Below, piece by piece: positions 10,888 through 20,840 of a stretch of DNA of 64,000 nt. The number at the start of each line of letters is the position of its first letter. Within the stretch, counting starts at the first letter, position 1. The position numbers and the translations under genes were made by a program. Below the pieces are notes generated by a model that ran no database searches, was not told the DNA's origin, and saw only the letters and a program-made list of their open reading frames with translations. Source of the DNA: Acidobacteriota bacterium (GTDB lineage Bacteria; Acidobacteriota; Thermoanaerobaculia; Multivoradales; Multivoraceae); contig QQVD01000018.1 in assembly GCA_003388555.1 (NCBI GenBank), forward strand, positions 1,274 to 65,273, written 5' to 3'.

Positions 10888-11863
10888 TCAGCCGGCGAGG
10901 ATGCGCTGGCGCTCCTCTTCGTCGAGGCCCTTGAGCTCCTCGATGACCGATTCCAGGGCCCGGATCAGGTCACTCGGATCGACCTCCGACTGCTTGAAGC
11001 TGAGTGACAGGCTGTAGCGCTTGTCGGGAGCCCGGAAACGGAAGGTGTACGGCTTGCGGCGCGGCGGCTTGCGACGGGCCGCGGGCGCACCGTCCGCCTT
11101 CTCGGCCGCCTCGCGGCGCTGCTTGACCTCCTCGCGCAGCTCGCGCCGGTTCAGTCCGAGGGTCGAGACGCGCTCGAGCAGGCGGATCATCTCGTCCTCG
11201 TCGTCGGCCTTGAGTACCTCCAGGAGGATCGACTTCGAATGCACGTCCAGGGCCTGGACCGCTTCGCGCACCCGCTCGGGCATCTGCAGCAGCGCGAAGG
11301 ACTCGGTGACCACCACCCGCGACTTCCCCACCGCCTCGGCGATCTGCTCGTGGGTGTAGCCGTACTGGTCGGCGAGCGCCCGGTAGCCCTCGGCCTCCTC
11401 GAAGGCGGTGAGGTCCTTGCGCTGCAGGTTCTCGATCAGGGCGATCTCGAGCGCCTCCTGCTCGGTCACCTCCATCTCGATCGCCGGGATCTCCAGCAGG
11501 CCCGCCTGAAGCGACGCACGGTAGCGACGCTCGCCCGAGATGATCCGGTAGATCGCTCCGTCCTCCTCGGCGCCATCACGTCCGTCGCGGTCCTCGTCGG
11601 ACAGCCGGCGCACGAGGATCGGCTCCAGCACGCCCTTGCTGCGGATCGACGCGACCAGGTCTCCGAGGTCCCCGATCATCGAACGAGGCTGGTCGGGGTC
11701 GGGCTCGATCGAGGACAGCGACAACATCCTCCCCACCGAGACCTCGTTGCGCTGCGACAACTCGTCGACGAAGTGCTGGCTGTGCCTCATCCTCACCCGC
11801 TTCGGCAGTCCCCGTTTCTTGCTCGCGTTGCTCGAGGCCGAGACCCTTCTGGCGCTCGCTGGA

Positions 11864-11871
<8 letters not shown>
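10888..11871 (-). CDS. parB: ParB/Spo0J family partition protein (atypical DNA-binding domain)
   Basis: DQPR, GVLEPILVR, ISGERRYRA (CTP-binding box II), ALIENLQRKDL and HTH YTHEQIAEAVGKSR. Overlaps the parA stop. Confidence 0.92.
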
Positions 11872-12625
<754 letters not shown>

Positions 12626-12635
12626 TGTGCGCCGG

Positions 12636-12665
12636 AGTGTAGACCTCGCGATGCGACCCGGTCAA
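12636..12665 (-). promoter_or_regulatory. Sigma70-type promoter of parAB (TTGACC-N18-TACACT)
   Basis: Minus strand -35 at 12660-12665 and -10 at 12636-12641, 10 nt before the parA ATG. No SD seen. Confidence 0.6.
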
Positions 12666-12670
12666 CGAAA

Positions 12671-12686
12671 TGTCGGCCGGCCGACC
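12671..12686. promoter_or_regulatory. 16-bp palindrome copy 1 (TGTCGGCCGGCCGACC), candidate parS-like site
   Basis: 15/16 match to TGTCGGCCGGCCGACA, 5 bp from the parA -35 element. Confidence 0.6.
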
Positions 12687-12732
12687 ACAACATGTACTCG
12701 TGAGGAGCGCTAAGTACCACAAAATGTGGTGT
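12685..12732. promoter_or_regulatory. Tandem NrdR-box-like sites
   Basis: CCACAAAATGTGGTGT (12717-12732, good fit to acaCwAtATaTwGtgt) and weaker CCACAACATGTACTCG (12685-12700), 32 bp apart. Confidence 0.45.
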
Positions 12733-12752
12733 TAAGGGGCCGCGAAGGCGAG

Positions 12753-13095
12753 ACGTGTTCGTCGGCCGATGCAGTGGACGGTCCACGGCCCGGTCGGCGT
12801 CGCGCCTCCGTCGCTGCGCTCGTCCCGCTCCGATCTCGACCTCAGGCGAGCGGCCACTGTTCGGCCGGTGACATGATCTCCTGCCCAGCCCACTGAGGGG
12901 CATCGTAAAGGCGGATGTCGGCCGGCCGACATCAGGCGACGGTGCCAGGAGTACCCGGGCGAGTGGTCGCGCGGGCGAACGTGTTCTTCGGCCGATGCAG
13001 GACACGCTCCATGGCCCGGTTAGCGTCGCGCCTCCGCCGTTGCCGTGTCCTAGCATCGACCCTCGAGCTCGGGCGAGCGGCCACTGATCGGCCGG
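12753..13095. repeat. Two diverged ~116-bp direct repeats (12753-12868, 12979-13095); a partial third copy lies at 13324-13365
   Basis: Aligned by eye: ACGTGTTCKTCGGCCGATGCAG...GGCCCGGT..GCGTCGCGCCTCCG...GGCGAGCGGCCACTGWTCGGCCGG. Confidence 0.9.
12914..12933. promoter_or_regulatory. Palindrome copy 2 (perfect 20-bp GATGTCGGCCGGCCGACATC), candidate parS-like site
   Basis: Perfect inverted repeat containing the 16-mer at 12916-12931. Confidence 0.65.
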
Positions 13096-13228
13096 CTTCA
13101 TCGTCTCCGACCACCGGCCAGGACAGCTGTTGGTGGGCAAGGGACCAGAGCGTCGGCGCCATCGTCCGGTCAGCCGAAGGACGGCTGTCGGAGCACGAGG
13201 ACCGAGGAAGAGGGTGAGCTCCGAGCTG

Positions 13229-13244
13229 TGTCGGCCGGCCGACA
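13229..13244. promoter_or_regulatory. Palindrome copy 3 (TGTCGGCCGGCCGACA), candidate parS-like site
   Basis: Perfect 16-bp palindrome. Confidence 0.65.
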
Positions 13245-13423
13245 TCCCTGCAAGCGAGAGCCATCAGCTCATCGTCTCCGGCTCAGGCCCACAGCGAAGC
13301 ATCCGCTGGCCGTGGCATCTTCTCGTCGGCCGATACAGTGGTCTTCGGCGCGCGGCCACTGATCGCCCTTGTACCGCTGGGTCCGATCAGCGGCGCGCTC
13401 CGCGCGTCCGCCGCATCGGACCT

Positions 13424-13453
13424 CGTTCGGCGCGCCGAAGGCCGCGCCGAACG
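13424..13453 (-). terminator. GC-rich hairpin right after the DUF151 stop
   Basis: CGTTCGGCGCG / CGCGCCGAACG 11-bp stem; no U-tract. Confidence 0.45.
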
Positions 13454-14017
13454 CTACATGGTGTATTTGCCGAGGTCGTCGGGATCGAGGTTCTCGAACC
13501 AGCGCTTCAACTCTTCGTCCCGCCGGGTCTCCGGCTCGGGGCGCGAGGTCAGCGCGGCGAACACCTGCTCGCCGACGAAGAGCTCGGCGTCGGCGCGCAG
13601 CGCCAAGGCGACTGCGTCGGAGGGCCGGGCGTCGACGTCGAACAGCTCGTCGCCCTGCTGCAGCCGCAGCGAGGCGTAAAAGGTGCCTTCCTCGAGCGAG
13701 TGGATGACCACCGCGATGAGCTGCACGTCGAGCGACTCGAGCAGATCCGCCATCAGGTCGTGGGTCAGCGGTCGCGGCGGCTCGGTGCCCTCGAGCTGCA
13801 TCTGGATGGCGCTCGCCTCGAAGAGGCCGATCCAGATCGGCAAGATGCGACGCCCCTCCTCGCCCGCCGAGGCGAGGTCTTCGATGCCGTCCTCCGAACC
13901 GGGCTCGTCTTCGGCCCCGCTCTCTTGGAGGATCAGGACCGGCGTGTTCTGTGCCGGATCGAGCAGCAGCGTCTTGACCTGCATCGGCACGAGACGGCCC
14001 TGGAGCGGATCTCTCAT
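13454..14017 (-). CDS. Bifunctional nuclease family protein (DUF151)
   Basis: LPIWIGLFEASAI, PPRPLTHDL, DARPSDAVALALR, and terminal DDLGKYTM. Confidence 0.93.
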   Translation of the reverse strand: MRDPLQGRLVPMQVKTLLLDPAQNTPVLILQESGAEDEPGSEDGIEDLASAGEEGRRILPIWIGLFEASAIQMQLEGTEPPRPLTHDLMADLLESLDVQLIAVVIHSLEEGTFYASLRLQQGDELFDVDARPSDAVALALRADAELFVGEQVFAALTSRPEPETRRDEELKRWFENLDPDDLGKYTM

Positions 14018-14132
14018 CGCGGCTTCGATTGTGTGTCCCGCGCAGATCCTGCGTCAAGGCGTGTGACGACGCCTGCTCTGCCCGCCGTGATCCTCCATCG
14101 GCGGGCCGGCGAGTACCTCCGCGGAGTCGGTC

Positions 14133-15584
14133 TCAGGCGGCGCGGCCGAGCAGGCTGTGAGGGTGCGCCCGAGTGACTTCGACATCGACGAGGCCGCCGG
14201 CAGGAGTCCGCTCGAGGTCGCCGCGGAAGTGCACGATGCGGTGGCAGTCGGTGCGGCCCGAGAGGTAGCCCTCCTGCCTGCTGGGACCGGTCACCAGGAC
14301 CGCATGACGCGAGCCGACCAGCTCTTCATTGAGCTGCCGCTGGATCGTCGACTGTTCCGCGAAGAGAGCCTGGAGTCGCGCATCGGCGACCTCGGAGGGG
14401 ACTGGCTCGTCACGCAGGCGCAGTGCCGGGGTGCCGGGCCGCGGCGAGTACTTGAAGGCGTAGACCGAGCTGAAGCGGGTGCGTCGCACCAGGTCGAGGG
14501 TGCGCTCGAACTGCTCGTCGGTCTCGCCCGGGAAGCCGACGATCAGATCGGTGGAAAGCGCCAGCCGAGGTCGTGCGGCACGGAGCTTGGCGACCAGCTC
14601 GTCGTACGCGGCGATCTCGTAGCCCCGGCCCATCCTGCGCAGCACCTGATCGTCGCCCGACTGCACCGGCAGGTGCAGATACGAGCTGATGTTCGGGTGT
14701 CGTGCGAAGCACTCCACCATCTCGTCGGAGAAGTCGCGCGGATAGGAGGTCACGAAGCGCAGCCGCTGGACGCCGTCGAGACCCGCCACCTGGTGCAGCA
14801 GGTCGGCGAAGTCACGCTCCGGCTGCTCGGGCTCGCGCCAGTGGTTGACGGTCTGCCCGAGCAACTCGATCTCGACGAAGCCCTCGGCGACGAGGCGCTC
14901 GACCTCGCGCACGATCTCGCGGGCCGGTCGACTGCGCTCCGGGCCGCGAGTGGTCGGCACGATGCAGAAGGTGCATCGCTTGTCACAGCCTTCGACGATC
15001 GTGACCATGCCCTTGTACTGGCCGTCGCGGCTGATCGCGTCGAGATCGAACTCACGGTCCTGGGGGAAGCCGGTCGCGACGGTGCGCTCGCCGGTGCGAC
15101 GCACGTGATCGAAGACCTTGCGGAACTCCCCCACCCTCCCCGTGCCGATCACGAAGTCGAGCTCGGGCACGCGGCGCAGCGCCTGCTCCCCCTCCTGCTG
15201 GGCGACGCAGCCGCAGAAGCCGATCCGCACCTGCCGGTCCTGTCGACGCTTCAGCAGCCGGTACTCGCCGAGGCGCGAGTACGCCTTGTGCGCCGCCTTC
15301 TCGCGCACCGAGCACGAATTGAGCAGGATGACGTCGGCTTCGTCGGCGCGGTCGGTCGGCAGCAGCCCCTGTTGCACCAGCTGGCCGGCGAGCCGCTGGC
15401 TGTCCAACTCGTTCATCTGGCAGCCCCAGGTCTCGATGAAGAAGCGTTCTTGCGACTCGCTTCTCGACCGCTCTGGCGGCGACGTCTGGCCCGCCTCGCC
15501 GACGGCGCCGTCACTGGCCTCCGTGGGGCATTCTGGCTTCGAGGATCTGCTGCTCATGTCGGTCTCGGGATCTCGGGTAGTCAT
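14133..15584 (-). CDS. miaB: tRNA-2-methylthio-N6-dimethylallyladenosine synthase MiaB
   Basis: TWGCQMN, NSCSVREKA, GCVAQ, GCDKRCTFCIVP radical SAM motif, and C-terminal TRAM domain. Start estimated. Confidence 0.95.
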   Translation of the reverse strand: MTTRDPETDMSSRSSKPECPTEASDGAVGEAGQTSPPERSRSESQERFFIETWGCQMNELDSQRLAGQLVQQGLLPTDRADEADVILLNSCSVREKAAHKAYSRLGEYRLLKRRQDRQVRIGFCGCVAQQEGEQALRRVPELDFVIGTGRVGEFRKVFDHVRRTGERTVATGFPQDREFDLDAISRDGQYKGMVTIVEGCDKRCTFCIVPTTRGPERSRPAREIVREVERLVAEGFVEIELLGQTVNHWREPEQPERDFADLLHQVAGLDGVQRLRFVTSYPRDFSDEMVECFARHPNISSYLHLPVQSGDDQVLRRMGRGYEIAAYDELVAKLRAARPRLALSTDLIVGFPGETDEQFERTLDLVRRTRFSSVYAFKYSPRPGTPALRLRDEPVPSEVADARLQALFAEQSTIQRQLNEELVGSRHAVLVTGPSRQEGYLSGRTDCHRIVHFRGDLERTPAGGLVDVEVTRAHPHSLLGRAA

Positions 15585-15642
15585 CTCCGCCCGCCTGTGG
15601 TGGGGAGCGTCGGCACCGGGGCTCCTCGCGCCACCCTGAGAC

Positions 15643-16632
15643 TCAGGGGCGTCGGCGCGGCGGATCGACCACGATCGGTTCGCCTGGTTCCGCCTCGCCG
15701 AGCTGCTCACCCGCGTCCGCCTCGGGGTCCTCCACCGGCTCGAGCTCGATGCCTTCGCGCAACCAGCCCGGCAGCGCTCCGGCGCGCCGGCCGCGCTCGA
15801 GCAGATCCTCGAGCTCGTCGCGAAACCGCTGCATCTCCTCCTTGGCCTCCTCGATGCGGTCCAGGGTGCGGTCCCAGGCAGGCTTGATCTCCCGGTCGCG
15901 GTAGAAGGGGTCGTCGGCGGCGTAGAACTCGTTGCGCAGGCGTGCGGCGTCGGCTTCTAGCTCGGGCACCGAGTCGTAGGCCTCGCGCCAGGCGAGCCGC
16001 AGCCGCAGCGCCTCGGAGCGCCAGTACTCTTCTCCCTCAGGGCCGCCGACCGCCAGAGCCTCCTCGGCCGCGGCGAGCTCCTCCTTGTCGATGGGCCCGC
16101 TGCCGATGGTGACCTTGACGTCCTTGGCGTACTCGGCGAGGTTCTCGTCGTCGATCACGGCGATCGGCGGCGCCGATCGACGGCGGCGGTCGCGCTCGGC
16201 GACGCTGGCCTGGTGCAGACGAGAGCTCAGGTCCGTCTGCTGGCTGGCGCCCCGGCCGATCCAGACCGTCGTCGGATCCCCGTCGCCGTCACGGTCCTCG
16301 GCCCCGTTCTCCGGGTCGCGGGGGTGAGGGCCTGGCGATGCGGCGGCGCGCGGCTCGGTCTCGGTCGGGCCACGGTCCGCAGCGGCGGAGCTGCCGGGCG
16401 CCACGGGCGGCTCCAGCTCCGGGCGCTGGGTCACGGTCGCAGGACCGGCCACGGTCTGTGGGGTCAGATCCTGCTCCGCGGTCGTTCCGCATGCTGAAAC
16501 CAGTACCGCAGCCGCGCACAGGGCACAGCTCTTCCCCACCCACGACGGCCACCGGTTCAGGGCGCGGCGATACCAGCCGTGGCGCAGGCGTTCCGCTCGT
16601 GCTGTTCGGATCGATGCTGGTGTGGTGTCCAT
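15643..16632 (-). CDS. Hypothetical lipoprotein with C-terminal helical domain
   Basis: Lipobox-like VLVSAC, Pro-rich linker, EEYWRSEALRLR...DDPFYRD...GALPGWLR. Start uncertain. Confidence 0.65.
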   Translation of the reverse strand: MDTTPASIRTARAERLRHGWYRRALNRWPSWVGKSCALCAAAVLVSACGTTAEQDLTPQTVAGPATVTQRPELEPPVAPGSSAAADRGPTETEPRAAASPGPHPRDPENGAEDRDGDGDPTTVWIGRGASQQTDLSSRLHQASVAERDRRRRSAPPIAVIDDENLAEYAKDVKVTIGSGPIDKEELAAAEEALAVGGPEGEEYWRSEALRLRLAWREAYDSVPELEADAARLRNEFYAADDPFYRDREIKPAWDRTLDRIEEAKEEMQRFRDELEDLLERGRRAGALPGWLREGIELEPVEDPEADAGEQLGEAEPGEPIVVDPPRRRP

Positions 16633-16982
16633 GGGGCTCGGCTCGCTTCTCGGGTGGAATCCAGGACGGGGGCACAGTTGCCCAGAAGGGGACGCTTCGG
16701 ATGCCGGCGACACCTCGGCCGCACCCGACGTCGGCGGCCCGCGCCTTCGATTCTGGAGTCTTCGCCGCGCGCGATCAACCCGGCACCGCACTCGGGTCGC
16801 CGCGGTCCCGGTAGAGCCCGTCGGCTCGCGAGACGCCGGGAGCGTTGCCAGAGCGTGCCGCCCGAGAGCAGGGTCGGGTCGCTGCGGCTCACCACGCCCG
16901 CGGTCCGAGGTCGTCGAGGAGGAGGCACGGCGCGGCGAATCGGCACCGGCACCAGATCCGGTCGTCGCGGACTCCTCACCGC

Positions 16983-18692
16983 TCAGCTGGTCAGCAACCG
17001 CTCGACCTCGCCCGCGGTCGCGCAGCTGCAGGCACGCTCCCAGAGCTCCTGGCAACCCGTCATCTCGAGCCCGGCGACGCGCTCGCGGACGCGATGGATC
17101 GCTCGCGGCGACATCGAGAGCTGACGCAGCCCGGCGCCCAGAAGCAGTGCGGTGGCGCGCGGGTCGCCGCCGATCTCGCCGCAGATCGACACCTCGACCC
17201 CGGCCTCGGCGGCGGCGCGCACCACCAGGTCGACGAGGCGGAGCACCGCCGGATGCAAAGGACGGTAAAGACCTGCGACGCGATCGTTGTTGCGGTCGAC
17301 AGCGAGCGTGTACTGGGTCAGGTCGTTGGTCCCGATGGCGAAGAAGTCGACCACCTTCGCAAGGTGGTGGGCGATCAGCGCCGCTCCCGGGACCTCGATC
17401 ATCGCCCCGATCGGCACGCTATCCGGCACTTCCACTCCGTGCTCGACCAACTCCCGCCGCACCTGACTCAAGAGGGCACGGAAGAGGAGAACCTCGTCCA
17501 CCGACGAGACCATCGGCACCATGATGCGGAGGTTTCCCACCGAGGCTGCACGCAGAAGGGCGCGCAGCTGCACGACGAAGACCTTGCGCTGGGTCAGCGT
17601 CAGTCTGACTCCACGCAGACCGAGGCTGGGGTTGGCCTCGTCGCTCTCACGGAATCCGCGACCGATCTCTCGTCCTCCGAGATCGAAGGTCCGGATGGTC
17701 ACCGGACGCGGTGCGTGGCTGCAGAGGAGGCGCTCGAAGGCCGCGAACTGCTCCTCTTCGGTGGGCAGCTCCGGCGCCCGCTCGATGTAGAGGAACTCAC
17801 TGCGGTACAGGCCGACTCCGTCGGAGCGGGCGGCGAGGGAGACGTTGATCTCGTCGAGGATCTCGATGTTCGACAGCAGGTCGATCTCGGCGCCGCAGAG
17901 GGTGCGGGTGGGGCCGACGCCGGCCTCAGGTTCGGGGAGATCGGAGCTCTCGTGGTCGACCCGCAGCTTGGCCTCGGCGATCTCGGTGGGATCCGGCCGC
18001 AGGCCGACGGTTCCCGTCTCGCCGTCGATGACCACCGCGGCCCCGTCGCGCACCTGGTTGCGCGCCTCGCGCACGCCGAGCACCAGTGGCAGCGACAACG
18101 CCCTGGCGACGATGACGGTGTGGGATCCCTCGCCGCCCCCTTCGAGCACGAAACCGGCGACACCGAGCCGGCCGAGGCGCAGTGCCTCTGCCGGCGTCAG
18201 CTCGTCGGCGACGATGATCGCGCCCCGGGCTCGACTGCCGAGCTCCTGCGGCGCTCCCTTCTGCAGGTTGGCGAGCAGGTAGCGCACCACGTCCTCGATG
18301 TCCTGGCCGCGCTCACGCAGATGAGCGGTCTCGATGCGGGCGAAGCGCGCACCCAGGTCCGCTCCGACCTCCTGCACCGCCCACTCGGCGTTCACCTTCT
18401 CGCCGCGGATCACGTCCTCGATCCGCTCGAGGAAGAGAGGGTCGTGGAGGATGAGGTCGTGGGCGTCGAAGATGCCGGCCAGTTCGCTGCCGACCTCGCG
18501 CTGCACCGACTGGCGGGTGCGAGCGAGCTCGCGCTCGATCTCCTCCACCGCCGCGGTCAGACGTCCCACCTCGGCCTCGACCTGATCGTCCTCGCTGGTG
18601 ATGCGGTAGACCGCCCCCAGCTCGCGCCGCAGCGCGACGGCTGGGCCGATGGCGAAGCCCCGCGACAGCCCCCTCCCTCGCAGTATCTGCAC
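16983..18692 (-). CDS. ptsI: PEP-protein phosphotransferase (PTS Enzyme I)
   Basis: GSHTVIVARAL phospho-His, GVGLYRSEFLY, NPSLGLRGVR, DFFAIGTNDLTQY. Confidence 0.96.
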   Translation of the reverse strand: MQILRGRGLSRGFAIGPAVALRRELGAVYRITSEDDQVEAEVGRLTAAVEEIERELARTRQSVQREVGSELAGIFDAHDLILHDPLFLERIEDVIRGEKVNAEWAVQEVGADLGARFARIETAHLRERGQDIEDVVRYLLANLQKGAPQELGSRARGAIIVADELTPAEALRLGRLGVAGFVLEGGGEGSHTVIVARALSLPLVLGVREARNQVRDGAAVVIDGETGTVGLRPDPTEIAEAKLRVDHESSDLPEPEAGVGPTRTLCGAEIDLLSNIEILDEINVSLAARSDGVGLYRSEFLYIERAPELPTEEEQFAAFERLLCSHAPRPVTIRTFDLGGREIGRGFRESDEANPSLGLRGVRLTLTQRKVFVVQLRALLRAASVGNLRIMVPMVSSVDEVLLFRALLSQVRRELVEHGVEVPDSVPIGAMIEVPGAALIAHHLAKVVDFFAIGTNDLTQYTLAVDRNNDRVAGLYRPLHPAVLRLVDLVVRAAAEAGVEVSICGEIGGDPRATALLLGAGLRQLSMSPRAIHRVRERVAGLEMTGCQELWERACSCATAGEVERLLTS

Positions 18693-18711
18693 CGGTCTAT
18701 GGCTCCGTTTC

Positions 18712-18981
18712 TCAGCCGCCCTCGCCGAAGCGTGACTCGATCAGCTCTCTCAGGGCGTCGAAGCAGGCGTCCTCGTCCTCGCCGTCGCAGCGCAGCGTGA
18801 CCGTCTCGCCGCAAGGCGCCGCGAGCAGGAGCAGTCCGAGGATGCTCTTGCCTTCCACCTCCTGGTCGCCGTACGCGATCCGGACCTCGCAGTCGTACTG
18901 CGAAGCGCAGTGCACCAGCTTGGCCGAGGCACGGGCGTGCAGTCCGAGACGATTGCGGAGCTCGAGCTCGCCGCTGCGCAC
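18712..18981 (-). CDS. ptsH: HPr phosphocarrier
   Basis: GLHARASAKLV (His15) and GKSILGLLLLAA (Ser46). GTG start. Confidence 0.93.
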   Translation of the reverse strand: MRSGELELRNRLGLHARASAKLVHCASQYDCEVRIAYGDQEVEGKSILGLLLLAAPCGETVTLRCDGEDEDACFDALRELIESRFGEGG

Positions 18982-18982
18982 C

Positions 18983-19474
18983 TCAACACCCCTTCGCCGG
19001 TTCCGGCGCGGGCCGCGGGTCACCCTCGGCTGCTGCTGCCGGGCAGGCGGCGACCTTGCCGATCTCGATCGCGCACCGGGCCCTGTCACGCAAGACCCGA
19101 GCCGTGTCCTCGAGCGACAGTCCCGCGGTGGCGCTGCAGGCCAGCTTGAGCAGCATCGCGAGGTTGACTCCGCCGATCACCTGGACGCGACCGGGCCTGA
19201 CCAGCGTGGAGGCGGCGCGGAACGGGGTGTCGCCGTAGAGGGCGCAGAGGATCAGGATCGGCTCGGGGTCTTCCGAGACCTGCGAGACCTGCGAGACCTC
19301 CGGGATCTCGGTGATCTCCTCGAGGCGCCGCTCGATCGCCTCGCGTGCCTGGGCCACCCCGGCTTCCCAGGGGATGCACAGGGAGTGGAAGCCGGCGGCG
19401 GCGCCGTTGATCTGCTCCACGCTGTGCAGGAGCTCGGCGGCGAGGCCGCCGTGGGAGAGGACGAGCTTGAGCAA
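18983..19474 (-). CDS. PTS EIIA, mannose/fructose family (stand-alone)
   Basis: VLSHGGLAAELL, LYGDTP, VIGGVNLAMLLK. Confidence 0.82.
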   Translation of the reverse strand: MLKLVLSHGGLAAELLHSVEQINGAAAGFHSLCIPWEAGVAQAREAIERRLEEITEIPEVSQVSQVSEDPEPILILCALYGDTPFRAASTLVRPGRVQVIGGVNLAMLLKLACSATAGLSLEDTARVLRDRARCAIEIGKVAACPAAAAEGDPRPAPEPAKGC

Positions 19475-19556
19475 GGAATCAGTCGGTGAGAGTGCAGGTG
19501 GGCTACGCGGCCTGAGGGGTATGCGTCGACTGCGGCAGAACAGAACGCCGTAGAGA

Positions 19557-20492
19557 CTACCGGCGATCGGTGTCGGGCGCCGTCACCGTCTCGCCGACGG
19601 GAGAGGCGTCGGTCTGCTCATGGCGGATGACGTCGCGGTGACTGATCCTCACGTTCCAGTTGGCCGCGGCCAGCCGTGACGCGAGCGCCTCCGCCATCGC
19701 CACCGATCGGTGACGTCCGCCGGTGCAGCCGATGCCGATCGTCAGGTAGCTGCGCAACTCGCGGCTGAAGTTCGGCAGCAGGAACTCGAGCAGCTTGAAC
19801 AACCGCTCTTCGAGCTCCCCGAACTCCGGTTTGCTGCGCAGGAACTCGACGATCTCCCGATCGAGACCCGAGAGCAGACGCAGCTCGGGCACGAAGTACG
19901 GGTTCGGCAGATACCGCACGTCGAACAACAGATCGGAGCCCGGCGGAATGCCACGTTTGAAGCCGAAACTGATCAGGTTCACCGTCAGGCCCGCCTGGTC
20001 GGCGCGCCGGTCCCCGAACTCCTGATCGATCTGGCGTCGAATCTCGTGGATCGTCCACTCGGACGTGTTCATCACCTTGTCGGCGAGGGCGCGGACGTCC
20101 TCGAGGGCCTGCCGCTCGCGCTGGATCCCCTCGCTGACCAGGCCGCTGGGCGCCAACGGATGGCGGCGACGGGTCTCGGAGTACCGGCGCAGCAGCACTT
20201 CGTCCGAGGTGTCGAGGAAGAGAACGAAGGGATCGATCGCGGCGCGGTCGACGCCGGCGAGCAGCTCCGGCAACGTCTCTGCGAGACCGGGAGTGCGCGC
20301 GTCGGTGACGACGGCGATCCGGTCGGCCGCCGGGATGTGTTCCCGCGGCGCCTCGAGCAGGTCTCGCAACAGGGTCACCGGGAGATTGTCCAGGCAGTAG
20401 TAGCCTAGGTCCTCCAGGCACTTGGCCACGGAGGACTTTCCGGCTCCCGAGAGGCCGGTGATCAGGATCACTTGAACGCGCTTCTGGGCCAT
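19557..20492 (-). CDS. rapZ: RNase adapter RapZ / YvcJ P-loop protein
   Basis: ITGLSGAGKS, DNLP, RRYSETRRRHPL, SFGFKRG, DVRYLPNPY, GCTGGRHRSV. Confidence 0.96.
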   Translation of the reverse strand: MAQKRVQVILITGLSGAGKSSVAKCLEDLGYYCLDNLPVTLLRDLLEAPREHIPAADRIAVVTDARTPGLAETLPELLAGVDRAAIDPFVLFLDTSDEVLLRRYSETRRRHPLAPSGLVSEGIQRERQALEDVRALADKVMNTSEWTIHEIRRQIDQEFGDRRADQAGLTVNLISFGFKRGIPPGSDLLFDVRYLPNPYFVPELRLLSGLDREIVEFLRSKPEFGELEERLFKLLEFLLPNFSRELRSYLTIGIGCTGGRHRSVAMAEALASRLAAANWNVRISHRDVIRHEQTDASPVGETVTAPDTDRR

Positions 20493-20840
20493 CCACTGAC
20501 TCGCCGGCCCGTGCCGGTCCGGCGACGAGAGCCACCGGCGGCTCGGCCGTCGGCGACCACGATCGCCGCGACGGTGAAACGAGGCTAGCAGCCCGTGGCC
20601 TGACTGTGTTGGGCTTCGAGCGGCGTCGGACGGATTCTTCCCCCACCGCCGCGATGACGAGCTGACGAGCGCCGGTCGCCGGGCGCTCCGTCGGCACGGC
20701 ACAACGGCAGCAGACCGTCGAGTGCACCGTGCGGCATCGCTCGACCCGTTAGGAGCAGAGGTTTGCACGACCGCAGCGATGGCATCCGGACGGGCCTCGC
20801 CGGCCGCCTCTCCGAGGCCGGAACGCGGTCGCTCCCGCGA

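Noticed and set aside
12671-13244. CRISPR array interpretation of the palindromic repeats
   Set aside because: Repeats are only 16-20 bp, spacing is 245-313 bp, the spacers are homologous to each other, and there are no cas genes.
12626-13453. oriC between parA and DUF151
   Set aside because: No TTATCCACA-type DnaA boxes, no extended AT-rich unwinding element, and no dnaA/dnaN/gidA nearby.
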